Assembly (NCBI GenBank): GCA_039584255.1
Contig: JBDGYE010000005.1
Coordinates: 1,869 to 65,868, forward strand
Reading direction: 5' to 3'
Source of the DNA: Gemmatimonadota bacterium
Lineage (GTDB): Bacteria; Gemmatimonadota; Gemmatimonadetes; Palauibacterales; Palauibacteraceae
DNA: 64,000 nt
The translations under genes and the position numbers were made by a program. The number at the start of each line of letters is the position of its first letter. The stretch's first letter is position 1. This document shows positions 1 through 8,653 of the stretch, piece by piece. The notes below the pieces were generated by a model. It did not search any database. It was not told the origin of the DNA and worked only from the letters and a program-made list of their open reading frames with translations.

Positions 1-358
1 AGGCGCCCTTGACGTTGATGTCGAAGTGCCGGTCGAACAGTTCGGGCGTCGTCTGACCGAATGGCGAAGGCGTTGCCACGCCCGCGTTCACGAACAGCGC
101 GTCAACACCGCCAAACCGTTCCTTCACGTCGTCGAACAGATGCTGAAGGTCGGCCTCGTTCGTCACATCACCCTGGATCGCGATCGCGCCGCCGTCTCCA
201 TTCAGCTCGGACACTGCTGCCTGCAGCGTCTCCGCATTGCGGCCGAAGATCGCAACCTGCGCGCCCTCACGAACGAAGGCGCGTGCGGCCGAGAGGCCGA
301 TACCACTGTTCCCGCCCGTCACCACCGCTACCTTCCCATTCATCCGCTTCATGGTCAT
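1..358 (-). CDS. SDR family oxidoreductase (short-chain dehydrogenase/reductase), 3' end runs off window
   Basis: Reverse-complement translation from 358 reads MTMKRMNGKVAVVTGGNSGIGLSAARAFVREGAQVAIFGRNAETLQAAVSELNGDGGAIAIQGDVTNEADL... This is the classic TGxxxGxG Rossmann motif with SDR N-terminal organisation. It is absent from the ORF track because there is no stop inside the window. Confidence 0.75.
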   Translation of the reverse strand, partial: MTMKRMNGKVAVVTGGNSGIGLSAARAFVREGAQVAIFGRNAETLQAAVSELNGDGGAIAIQGDVTNEADLQHLFDDVKERFGGVDALFVNAGVATPSPFGQTTPELFDRHFDINVKGA

Positions 359-444
359 CTCCTTTGGGTTTCGCCGACCGGCCTCGTACCGGCCTTATTG
401 GATCATTCGGTCAAAAATAGGATCAAATAATAAGGACCCCGTGG

Positions 445-1026
445 CTACTCGAGCAGCCGCCGGGTCGTCGCGAGCACGTCGCGTGCATACGTTGGGCTTG
501 ACGCCACCTTTCCGACCACGGCCAGTCCCTGGCCGGTGATCGTGATCGTGCGGGCGAGGGCGCGCGGGTCCCGGTCCGCGGAGAGCTCTCCCTGCTCCTG
601 GGCCCGGCGCAGGGCAGTATAGATCGCGTCCTCCATCTTCTGGAGCATCCGGTCGAGCCGGGCTTTGATTTTCGCGTCCCGCACTCCCAGCTCGGCCATC
701 GAGTTGACCATCAGGCAGCCCCGGAACTCGGGATCCGACCAGTTCGCTTCCCACGCGTCGAGCAGGGCACGAACGTTTCCCAGAGGGGAGCCCGGTGCCT
801 CCAGAAGCTCGATCAACATTCCGAGACGCTCGCACGAGTATCGGTCGAGAGCCTGCACGAACAGCGCCTTCTTGTCGCCGAACGCGTTGTACATGCTCTG
901 GCGCCCGATTTGGCACCGATCGGAGAGCTCGGCGATTCCGGTCGCTCCATAGCCCTGCTCCCAGAACAGGTCCATGGCCGTCTCGAGGACGGTGTCAGTG
1001 TCGAATTCCCGCGGCCTTCCAGTCAT
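445..1026 (-). CDS. TetR/AcrR family transcriptional regulator
   Basis: Track ORF 445..1083(-). An internal Met gives MTGRPREFDTDTVLETAMDLFWEQGYGATGIAELSDRCQIGRQSMYNAFGDKKALF, a typical TetR N-terminal HTH. It lies directly upstream of the SDR gene on the same strand. Confidence 0.8.
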   Translation of the reverse strand: MTGRPREFDTDTVLETAMDLFWEQGYGATGIAELSDRCQIGRQSMYNAFGDKKALFVQALDRYSCERLGMLIELLEAPGSPLGNVRALLDAWEANWSDPEFRGCLMVNSMAELGVRDAKIKARLDRMLQKMEDAIYTALRRAQEQGELSADRDPRALARTITITGQGLAVVGKVASSPTYARDVLATTRRLLE

Positions 1027-1122
1027 GGGAGACAGGATACACGTTGTTGAACGAGCTGTCAAGTATGAGGCATAACCAACCAACTGGTGGGGGTCCAGCT
1101 GCCCGACATGCCTAGGCCTGCT

Positions 1123-1623
1123 TCACTCGTCGCCGGCTGGGACCGCTACCGAAGGTTGATTCCACATCCACCGCCAGATGTGCCAGGCGCCGTCCGGCCC
1201 ACGTTGGTAGAGCGCGGACCACTTCCCGTTCGCAGCTTGGACCTCGGCGCCGGCTTCGGGTGTCGGATTGAGATTCCAGGTGCCGCGGCCGTAGGCATGG
1301 TCGCCGATCATCATGGCCTCGTCGACCGTGGCGGTCTGCTGGAGCAGCGCGACGTCATATCCATCGGCCATCGTCGCGAGGATCGCATCACGACCCTGGA
1401 GCACCGGTCCCTCCGGTTGCATGAGGACGGCGTCTTCCGCAACCATCGCACCAAGCACGGCCATGTCCGCCGTGTTCCACGCGGACACGAACTGGTCGAC
1501 ATGAGCGCGGACGGCTTCGGCATCGGCTGCCGTGGCCTCGGTGGTGTCCGCTGCCGGCTGCTGAGCGCAGGCCGCAAGGACGAGAACAAGGGCTGAACCG
1601 AGTACCCGATTACGATGCTTCAT
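1123..1623 (-). CDS. SnoaL-like/NTF2-like (DUF4440-type) lipoprotein
   Basis: MKHRNRVLGSALVLVLAAC is a lipobox-type signal. The remainder has an NTF2-like pattern (VDQFVSAWNTADMAVLGAMVAEDAVLMQPEGPVLQGRDAI...). Confidence 0.55.
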   Translation of the reverse strand: MKHRNRVLGSALVLVLAACAQQPAADTTEATAADAEAVRAHVDQFVSAWNTADMAVLGAMVAEDAVLMQPEGPVLQGRDAILATMADGYDVALLQQTATVDEAMMIGDHAYGRGTWNLNPTPEAGAEVQAANGKWSALYQRGPDGAWHIWRWMWNQPSVAVPAGDE

Positions 1624-1804
1624 TGGAGCCTCCCCCTGACGCTGCAGGTTGCGGATTCAGCTGGAGTATGCGCACTAAGACTCACCGGCTCGTGGCCAGG
1701 CAACAGTCCTTCCGGCATGGATTGGTACCACGATGCTCACCGGGAGCGTGAGCAGCAAGGACCAGATGCTCGTTCTGGCTCTCCCTTGTCACCGGAAACG
1801 TGCT

Positions 1805-2434
1805 TCACGAGTTTCTCGCGCCCTGCGTGCCCAACAGCTGATCTGGCCCTTCGCGGCAATCTCCCAACCGGCCAAGGACTGCCTCCCCGCGGGGGGACAA
1901 CCGATACCCCACCGGGAGACTCTCGGTGAGGCCGAGACCCTTCAGCTTGCGGACGCTGGACTTTAAGTCGGCCTTATCCATCCCGAAATCCCTGGCCAGG
2001 TCAGCGGCGCGCTCCCCGGGCCTTTCGTGGAGAAGCTTCAGAACGCGACAGGTCCACGGGCCGGGGGCGCCCCGCGAGTCGAGGCGCCCCAGACGCTGCA
2101 GAATCGATTCCAGCTCTGCCTCGTCGGGGATCTTCTCGCGCAGGGCGATGCGCGGATCGGGACCGGCTAGAGAGAGTCGAACTCGGTAGACATCACCCAC
2201 CGCGCGCCGCGACAACTGGAAGCGAAGCGAATCGAGATCCTGAAACCCGGCCGCCGCTGCTTCGGATTCCGTGATTCCTTCCAGGTCCACCCTATCCACG
2301 GCCTCGATCGCCAGCTGGCCGACTGACGTGAGGAGCGTTCCGCCGGCCTTCACGGTGGGGCGCCGCCACCTTCGAAACGCCAGGGTGATGGAGCCGCTCT
2401 CGATCCCTCTCAGAGTCTCCTGCTTCAGCAGCAT
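1805..2434 (-). CDS. ASCH (PUA-like) domain protein with C-terminal winged-helix
   Basis: N-terminus ...GSITLAFRRWRRPTVKAGG... resembles ASCH/EVE-type PUA-like domains. The C-terminal part (ADLARDFGMDKADLKSSVRKLKGLGL) looks like a wHTH. Confidence 0.45.
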   Translation of the reverse strand: MLLKQETLRGIESGSITLAFRRWRRPTVKAGGTLLTSVGQLAIEAVDRVDLEGITESEAAAAGFQDLDSLRFQLSRRAVGDVYRVRLSLAGPDPRIALREKIPDEAELESILQRLGRLDSRGAPGPWTCRVLKLLHERPGERAADLARDFGMDKADLKSSVRKLKGLGLTESLPVGYRLSPRGEAVLGRLGDCREGPDQLLGTQGARNS

Positions 2435-2494
2435 CTCATCAGCACCGTGGGGTGCGCGCCAACTCCTACTCGACGACCGAATCCGAAGCGCGGA

Positions 2495-2823
2495 TCAGTC
2501 TGTTCGCGGCATTAGCACTTGCCCTTTAGGTGTCTCCTCGTCTACTCCATCGACCGTGAAGTTCTCTCCGAAGCTCCCCCAAGAGAGCTCACTGTTTCCT
2601 AGCTCGTCCCTCCAGTAGTCATAGTGCCGGGTAGGAAGACGTAGACCGCCTTCGTGGGACCACCGTGTACCGAAAGGTCGGCCTGTCGGTCGCCCTCGAG
2701 ATTGTGCCCCCGAAGCGCCACCGGGCCGTCCACCGGTGCCTTGAATATGCCGGTCGTCACTGTCCTGCCTTTCCAAGTGACTTCGCGAGGAAGCCCGACG
2801 TTGACAGAGACTAGCCTTGCCAT
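2495..2823 (-). pseudogene. MOSC (YiiM-like) domain gene remnant, frameshifted and C-terminally truncated
   Basis: ORF 2599..2823(-) MARLVSVNVGLPREVTWKGRTVTTGIFKAPVDGPVALRGHNLEGDRQADLSVHGGPTKAVYVF matches the MOSC N-terminus. The continuation ...PTRHYDYWRDELGNSELSWGSFGENFTVDGVDEET is in a different frame (ORF 2495..2863). The break maps to ~2630-2640 (gtcttcCTAccc). The protein stops ~100 aa short of a full MOSC domain. Confidence 0.6.
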
Positions 2824-2914
2824 GAGTTCGCTCTCGTCGATCGAATGGGAAGCCTGACCGCAATCCGATGGCCGAGTCCGAAGGCGCTGAGAGGGAACGG
2901 TCCGCCGGAGAAGC

Positions 2915-3532
2915 TCACCCGCCGCTAGCTGAGATGCCGAGCTGATCGGCCGAGTCGTCTGCCGCCGATTGCTCCTCTTCCGCGAGGGGCGATTCGGCCA
3001 GCAGGCGGTCGTCTGGAAGCGACAGCTCCTTGGCGCTGATCTTGTCGATCCCGTCGACCGTGATCGCCAGTTGTCCGGAGTAGAGGGTTTCGATCCAGCC
3101 GCGCTGCTTCAGATACCAGATGGGAAACTCCAGGTGCTCGCGGGGAACCCCGAGCATCCTCTCCAGATGAACCGGGCCGAGGCCCCCCGACTCCGGGTCT
3201 CGCCGCCGTGCGACGTAGAGCAGCGAGAGCATGCCGTTGAAGATCCGCTGATCCTCCTCACGGCCGCCAAGCGCCGCGTCCTGCTCGAAGATCTCCCACT
3301 GCAGGCTCTTGTGCTTGTCATACTGGACGTCGAACTGGGCGCGCCGCTCCGGGTCCAACAGGACTTGGTAGGCCGTGTGCACCTCTCGAAACCTCTCCGC
3401 ATCTCCGGACGCCCCATTGTCCGGGTGGTAGCGCTTGGCGAGCAGCCGATAGACGCGTTCGATCGTCTCGGCATCCGCATTCTGGCTGAGCTGCAGGACT
3501 TCGTAATGGTCGACCAACGGGCTTTCGTTCAC
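2915..3532 (-). CDS. J-domain (DnaJ-like) protein
   Basis: DHYEVLQLSQNADAETIERVYRLLAKRYHPDNGASGDAERFREVHTAYQVL is a J domain with the HPD motif. Confidence 0.75.
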   Translation of the reverse strand: MNESPLVDHYEVLQLSQNADAETIERVYRLLAKRYHPDNGASGDAERFREVHTAYQVLLDPERRAQFDVQYDKHKSLQWEIFEQDAALGGREEDQRIFNGMLSLLYVARRRDPESGGLGPVHLERMLGVPREHLEFPIWYLKQRGWIETLYSGQLAITVDGIDKISAKELSLPDDRLLAESPLAEEEQSAADDSADQLGISASGG

Positions 3533-4174
3533 CAGATCTTCCTCTCACGTGTACGTTGTCGTTCGAGACGGCAGTCGCCAGCATGCCAGGCAAGACATGG
3601 CACGATGAGCCTGCAGCCGAGCGTACCGCCCGCTGAGCAGGCCGCTGGGAACTTGCTTCCAAGGTACTCAAGCGGCACAAGGTGACGAAATCCCGAGATA
3701 CCCAGTGCGATGAAGTCAATTGGGACTTGAGGTGGAGCGGCCCGTTTGCGGCGGCTGCAGTCCGGGGGCTATGCTGATAGCCAAGAGGGCGGTGCCGTGA
3801 GAGGTCGGATCGCGTTAACGGGAGGGCCTCCTGCCCTACAACAACACCCAGTCCGAGTCGCCAGCGGCCCTACGGCTCGACAGCCGGAAGGGGAGCGTGT
3901 GCGAACCGCGATAGACTTTCATTTCCAGCGCAGTTTCGTTACGCCCGTATCGGCCACATGGATACCGTGCGCCGAGTTCTGTATCCGCGGTATCGGCGAA
4001 GGCAGCCTGAAGACGACGGACGCGGCACCGGTTCCCCCGGGTCAAGAGCCCAGGAACGTTGGCGAAGTGATGGACGCTTTGCGACTGTGGGCGTTCTGAT
4101 CCAGCTCTCATTCCGTCGATCCCGACACCTGTGGTGACTTCCGCCGTCGACTTTGAGGCCGAAAGGGAACGCGA

Positions 4175-5743
4175 TTGCGCAAACTGAGAATCGGCATCGT
4201 AGATCTCGTCGCCCGGGCGCCGACTCGGACACTGTATGCCCGGTTGATGCACGCGAACCTGGCGAGCATCATGCCACAGGTCCTCGCGGTGTGGTGCGAG
4301 GAAGAGGGCCACGACGTTCGCCTGGTCTGCTATACGGGGTTAGAGGACCTCCTCGAGGAGCTTCCAGGGGACATCGACCTGCTCATCATAGGTGCGTTCT
4401 CACAGGCTGCTCAGCTCTCCTATGCGATCAGCGCCATGTTCCGCGGACGCGGGGTGGTGACCTGTCTCGGCGGGCCGCACGCGCGCTGCTACCCCGAGGA
4501 CGCGCAGAAGTACTTCGACTACGTCCTTGGTTTCACCGATAAGGCAGTGCTGAAAGACGTCCTGGACGACTGCACGCCCCACCGGCCGCTGGGTCAGTCT
4601 CTTTCCGCCTCCCAGCAACCGCTGGAGCTTCCGGGGTTGAGGGAGCGGTGGACGTACATCGAGGCCACCCTCCGCAAGAGCCCCGTTCTGAAGATCGTCC
4701 CGATGCTGGGTAGCCTCGGTTGCCCGTACACGTGCGCCTTTTGCATCGACTCGGAGGTGAAGTACCAGCCGCTCGACTTCGTCCAGATGCGGGACGATCT
4801 CAGTTTCCTGCTTACGAAGTGGAAGCGGCCCAAGGTGGCATGGCACGATCCCAACTTCGGCGTGAGATTCGACGACTACCTCGGGACGATCGAGGAAGCC
4901 GTTCCGCCCGGAAGCATAGACTTCATCGCGGAGAGCAGCCTCTCTCTTCTGTCGGAGCCCCGTCTGGAGCGCCTTCGGAGAAACGGGTTCGGGGCACTCC
5001 TGCCCGGTGTCGAGTCCTGGTACGACCTGGGGAACAAGGCGAGTACGGGCAGAAAGCAGGGGATCGAAAAGGTCCGGCAGGTCTCCGAGATGACGAACCT
5101 CATCGTCGATTACATTCCCTATCTGCAGGTCAACATGGTCCTCGGCCTCGACAGCGATGAGGGCCCCGAGCCGTTCGAGCTCACCAAACAGTACGTTGAC
5201 ATGTGTCCGGCCGCCTTTCCGGGCTATTCCCTGCTCACGGCTTTCGGTCAGGCGGCACCCCTGAATCTGGAGTACCAGCGGGACGACCGCGTGCTCCCGT
5301 TCCCGTTCCACTTCCTCAACAACCATCACGCCATGAACGTCCGGCCGAAGAACTACGAGTGGCCGGAGTTCTACGACCGGGTCATCGATCTGACGAAGCA
5401 CACCTTCTCCAGGCGCTCGATCGTGCGCCGCCTGCGAGCCAATCGTGGGGTGATTCCACGCATGATGAACGTCGTCCGGGCCATCTCTTCAGAGGGATAC
5501 GGGCGGATCAAGTACTTCAGCGAGGTACGCGACCGCCTCTCGACCGATTCGCTGTTTCGCGCTTACTTCGAGGGCGAGACGACCCGCCTGCCGGACTTCT
5601 TCCGACAGAGGGTCAAGCGCGACCTGGGCCCGCTGTGGGAGTTCCTGCCGGAGGGCGCTCTGGAACACGATCCCCGCGCCTACCTGCGGAAGGAGACTGC
5701 CGCTCAGAAACCCCTTGTTCAACTGAAGGTGGCCGGGGCGTAG
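4175..5743 (+). CDS. B12-binding domain radical SAM protein (class B rSAM, DUF4070-type C-terminus)
   Basis: N-terminal cobalamin-binding-like region (RIGIVDLV...LIIGAFSQ) is followed by the CPYTCAFC (CxxxCxxC) radical SAM cluster motif. It is 522 aa. Confidence 0.8.
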   Translation: MRKLRIGIVDLVARAPTRTLYARLMHANLASIMPQVLAVWCEEEGHDVRLVCYTGLEDLLEELPGDIDLLIIGAFSQAAQLSYAISAMFRGRGVVTCLGGPHARCYPEDAQKYFDYVLGFTDKAVLKDVLDDCTPHRPLGQSLSASQQPLELPGLRERWTYIEATLRKSPVLKIVPMLGSLGCPYTCAFCIDSEVKYQPLDFVQMRDDLSFLLTKWKRPKVAWHDPNFGVRFDDYLGTIEEAVPPGSIDFIAESSLSLLSEPRLERLRRNGFGALLPGVESWYDLGNKASTGRKQGIEKVRQVSEMTNLIVDYIPYLQVNMVLGLDSDEGPEPFELTKQYVDMCPAAFPGYSLLTAFGQAAPLNLEYQRDDRVLPFPFHFLNNHHAMNVRPKNYEWPEFYDRVIDLTKHTFSRRSIVRRLRANRGVIPRMMNVVRAISSEGYGRIKYFSEVRDRLSTDSLFRAYFEGETTRLPDFFRQRVKRDLGPLWEFLPEGALEHDPRAYLRKETAAQKPLVQLKVAGA

Positions 5744-5747
5744 GCCC

Positions 5748-6533
5748 TCACCCGGCCTGATTCAGAATTTCCTTCCTCAGTATGTTCTTGAATCGTCCCT
5801 TGCTCACGTAGTGATCGGATAGCAGCCGCCCGTTCCACACCAGGCTGAAGACACCGTAGTACGAGGGCGCGTTTTGCGCCTCGCGGGCGCTCTCGAGAAC
5901 GGTCACGTTCAGGTCCAGGCCGTGTTCGGCCGCCATGTCCGACAGGTCGTTCACCGACTTGGGCAGGTAAGGGCACTGGGCGGCATACACGATGTGCAGC
6001 CCCCGGTACTTCGCCAGGTTCGCGCCGATGTCGCGGAAGCGTGGCGGTGGCCCGTCCTTCAGCCGGTGAATCACGAGCTGGAAGCGATCGCTCTCCGCGA
6101 CCTGCTCGAATCCATTTCGGAGAAACACCTCTTTTCCCGCCATCCAGGGGCCGTCGCTCACCATGGCCGCAACGCCCCTGACGCCTGCCTTGCGCGCTTC
6201 CTCTATGCAGGCCTGGATCAGACGGCTTCCCAGCCTGCCCACCGGCTTCCCTCTGGGATAGACCCACAGGCAGTGGACGAACAGCCAGCCCTCGGCATCC
6301 ACCGGCCGCCACGCGTACGCGCCCGGCACGTATTCAAGGAAAGCGAGCGGCCTCCCCTCTTCGTCACGGAACACCAGGAAGCGTAGGCCCTCGGCGAACC
6401 GCGCATTGAGCCATTCGACTTTGGGTGTGTGGCCCTCATGCCTCGGATTCGTAATACAGCCGATGCCACAGTTCGACAGGTTGCCGGGCCCGACCTCTTC
6501 TAGGGTGGCCTCAGGCGTTCCTCGCTGCTTCAT
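5748..6533 (-). CDS. GNAT family N-acetyltransferase (YoaP-like C-terminal domain)
   Basis: The 261-aa ORF has acetyltransferase-like core GKPVGRLGSRLIQACIEEARKAGVRGVAAMV. It is convergent with the rSAM gene with a 4-bp gap. Confidence 0.55.
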   Translation of the reverse strand: MKQRGTPEATLEEVGPGNLSNCGIGCITNPRHEGHTPKVEWLNARFAEGLRFLVFRDEEGRPLAFLEYVPGAYAWRPVDAEGWLFVHCLWVYPRGKPVGRLGSRLIQACIEEARKAGVRGVAAMVSDGPWMAGKEVFLRNGFEQVAESDRFQLVIHRLKDGPPPRFRDIGANLAKYRGLHIVYAAQCPYLPKSVNDLSDMAAEHGLDLNVTVLESAREAQNAPSYYGVFSLVWNGRLLSDHYVSKGRFKNILRKEILNQAG

Positions 6534-6693
6534 GGATCTGCTCCGGACGATGGAGAACCCGGCCCATAGATTGAGCGCCGTCCTCGGGTCGCTACGGGAA
6601 GCGTCGCGGTCCTAAGATACAAGGCACCCGGGGGTTGCGTTTAGCTCCCCGACCCCCTCCCTTGCTTCGAGTCCGATCACGAGCGAGTCGACT

Positions 6694-7176
6694 GTGAGCG
6701 AGCGCGAGATGCAGCCAGCGGAGAGAGTCGACTGTCCGGCGCACAACGCCAGGGCGGCGGTATGGCCGGGGAGGTCACTGCGCCGTTGGATATACGCTCT
6801 GCTGGGCATCGTTTCGGTGGGGCTCGCCTTCCTCGGGGTCATCGTGCCCGGCCTCCCGACCACGATATTCCTGATCCTCGCATCGTATCTCTTTACCCGG
6901 AGCTGCCCCTGGCTCGAGGAGAAGCTAGTGCGGGCTCGCATCTTCAGGCCGTATCTGCGTTACCTCGACGGTGAGCGCGCGATGCCGCTAAGGGCGCGAA
7001 TCGGCACGATAGCCCTGATCTGGGTGGCCGTGGGGATCAGCTTCGCGGTGATGCTCGCGAGAGGCGCCCTGGAGCTCTGGTTCGTCGCCGTGGTCGGCGG
7101 CGCGGCGGTCGTGGGCTCGTGCGTGGTGGCGCTCGTCTTCCGGGAACCGCGCGGGACGGCCCGGGCGGCGGACTGA
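6694..7176 (+). CDS. YbaN/DUF454 family inner-membrane protein
   Basis: RRWIYALLGIVSVGLAFLGVIVPGLPTTIFLILASYLFTRSCPWLEEKL matches the DUF454 signature (LP-TT-F, F-RSSPR-W). The start may be at the internal Met 6709. Confidence 0.65.
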   Translation: MSEREMQPAERVDCPAHNARAAVWPGRSLRRWIYALLGIVSVGLAFLGVIVPGLPTTIFLILASYLFTRSCPWLEEKLVRARIFRPYLRYLDGERAMPLRARIGTIALIWVAVGISFAVMLARGALELWFVAVVGGAAVVGSCVVALVFREPRGTARAAD

Positions 7177-7280
7177 GTCCGGCGAGTCCGTTCCGCCTGA
7201 CCAGAAGGCTGCGCCGGTCGGGCCTGCGCATACCCCCCACTGGGCGAAGAATGCGGAGAAGTGCTCGCTGCTCCTCCCGC

Positions 7281-7754
7281 CTAGCCGATCGTCATCTCGG
7301 GTGGAGGTAGCTCAGACAGGTACAGCACTTCGAGCGCGCTGTCGGTCTCGGGCATGTGGAAGTAGCAGAACTCGCCTAGCTCTCCCAAGTCACCGCTCTG
7401 GATCATCTGACGGCCCTGTCCGGCCAGCTGGTCCCTCGCCTGCCGCATGGCCTCACGACTCGGGTAGAAGATGCAAGTGTGATGAAAGCCCTCGCCCTTC
7501 GCCTCCAAGTGCTCGACGTAGACGCTCCGGCCCGTCAGCGGCTCGATCAGCTCGAGGTTCGAATCTCCCACCGGTGCGATCGCGACTTTGAAAGAATAGG
7601 GGACTTCCTGCCCGTGCACCGTGTACCCGACGGGCTCGATCGTCCACACGCTCCACTGTATGGAAAGGGAATCCGCGAGCGCTTTCGCCGCTTTCTCCAG
7701 GTCGCGCACGACCCAGGCCGTATGATGAAACGTGCCCGAATCCCCTACTCCCAT
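7281..7754 (-). CDS. VOC family protein (glyoxalase/bleomycin resistance/dioxygenase fold)
   Basis: FHHTAWVVRDLEKAAKALADSLSIQWSVWTIEPVGY...GEGFHHTCIFYP shows typical paired βαβββ modules with metal-ligand His/Glu. Confidence 0.65.
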   Translation of the reverse strand: MGVGDSGTFHHTAWVVRDLEKAAKALADSLSIQWSVWTIEPVGYTVHGQEVPYSFKVAIAPVGDSNLELIEPLTGRSVYVEHLEAKGEGFHHTCIFYPSREAMRQARDQLAGQGRQMIQSGDLGELGEFCYFHMPETDSALEVLYLSELPPPEMTIG

Positions 7755-7910
7755 TCTTGCCTCCTGTTTCTTCGTCCCTCGAGTGTCCGGTGGCTCTCGA
7801 GGCCGACCTCAGGAACTCACGCTGCCACCGGAATGTGCTAGCCGTACGGATCCGGCGGACGTTCACGAGAAGGCGACGGCATGGTCCACCGCCCCGGGTC
7901 GCCCTGTCGT

Positions 7911-8192
7911 TCAGAGCGCCCGCCGGTTCTCCGTCGCTTCGAGGCCGCTGGCGAACTGCAGGAGCTGGTCGGCGCGTTCACGGAGAAGACGCGCCAACGC
8001 TAGTTTCCAACCCTCAGGCGGATCCAGGCGCCGCGGATCAAACCGGTCTGCCAGCGCCCTTTCGAGATCCTCTTTCGTGAGCCCGAGCGCTGTCGCCACC
8101 TGGGCCTCCGACACGAGGGAGAGTTCCTCCAGTCGTGCTACCGCATGCACGAAGTCCACTGATCCCTCCCCATTGAATGAGGCGTGTCTCAC
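7911..8192 (-). CDS. hypothetical small protein (possible HTH, low confidence)
   Basis: The 93-aa ORF (...VHAVARLEELSLVSEAQVATALGLTKEDLERAL...) shows no family motif I can name. It could also be antisense noise. Confidence 0.2.
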   Translation of the reverse strand: MRHASFNGEGSVDFVHAVARLEELSLVSEAQVATALGLTKEDLERALADRFDPRRLDPPEGWKLALARLLRERADQLLQFASGLEATENRRAL

Positions 8193-8389
8193 TCATTCCC
8201 ACCTCTGCGAAGATTGGGGGAGGTGGGGCGCGCCGCGGAAACTACCTGCCAGCTTCACGTGTGGCCAACGAAGGACAGTCACAAGCGCCTGGGCTGCCCT
8301 AACGCTCGCTCTCGCGGAGCTCCAGCAGCTTCTCGACGGCGTTCTGGTTCTCGGGGTCGACCTCGAGCGACTTCTCGTATCCGATCCCG

Positions 8390-8607
8390 GGCTCGAGGGA
8401 TTCCTGATGCGCGATGCCTGGGTTCAGAACCAGCCCGAGCTTCGGGGGCGTATCGCAGCGGCCAACGAGCTCCGGGGAGTCTCGCTTTCCGATGCCGAGG
8501 TCGCGGATCTGTTAGCGTTCCTGGAGAGTCTGACCGATCCCTCTTCGCGGGACCTCTCCGGCGTAGTCCCGGAGACCGTGCCGAGCGGGCTGTCGGTCGC
8601 GGACTGA
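8390..8607 (+). pseudogene. 3' fragment of a di-haem cytochrome c peroxidase/MauG-like gene (C-terminal ~65 aa only)
   Basis: The end of plus ORF 7732..8607 reads ...RIAAANELRGVSLSDAEVADLLAFLESLTDPS. This matches the conserved CCP C-terminal '...LSDEEIADLVAFLKTLTD' motif. The upstream 600 bp in any frame lacks CXXCH motifs and is low-complexity, so only a remnant survives. Confidence 0.35.
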
Positions 8608-8653
8608 GGCGGGCCGGGCTGTCGGTCGGCGAGCGGAGTGGGCGTGGCGCCGA

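Noticed and set aside
26-916. Long plus/minus ORFs (26..430+, 61..420+, 237..539+, 395..916-) overlapping the SDR and TetR genes
   Set aside because: They are antisense or out-of-frame to genes with clear family motifs, and their products are low-complexity Arg/Pro/Ala-rich. This is typical high-GC noise.
3700-3910. tmRNA or RNase P RNA in the long intergenic region (GGGGGCUAUGCUGAUAGCC start, ...CUCCACC-like segment)
   Set aside because: No tRNA-like T-arm (GGUUCGAAUCC), no tag-peptide reading frame, and no smpB neighbour. The conserved RNase P P4 (AGGAAAGUCCGGGCUCC) is absent. It is kept only as a generic structured-RNA candidate in the findings.
3760-3910. Cobalamin riboswitch upstream of the B12-radical SAM gene
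   Set aside because: GGUGCC and GGGAGG segments are present, but I could not find the B12 box (GCCACUG) or the AAUCC/GGUG pairing core. The element would also sit ~270 bp from the start codon. It needs cmscan before any call.
3760-3910. SRP (4.5S) RNA, based on ...CAGCCGGAAGGGGAGCG resembling GUCCGGAAGGAAGCAGC
   Set aside because: The flanking helix-5 complementarity and the CAAGG/GNAR context are not present.
7732-8390. 5' two-thirds of the 291-aa plus ORF 7732..8607 as a full gene
   Set aside because: It overlaps the VOC gene and is low-complexity (RRRRANASFQPSGGSRRRG) with no CXXCH. Only the last ~65 codons resemble a real protein, the CCP C-terminus.
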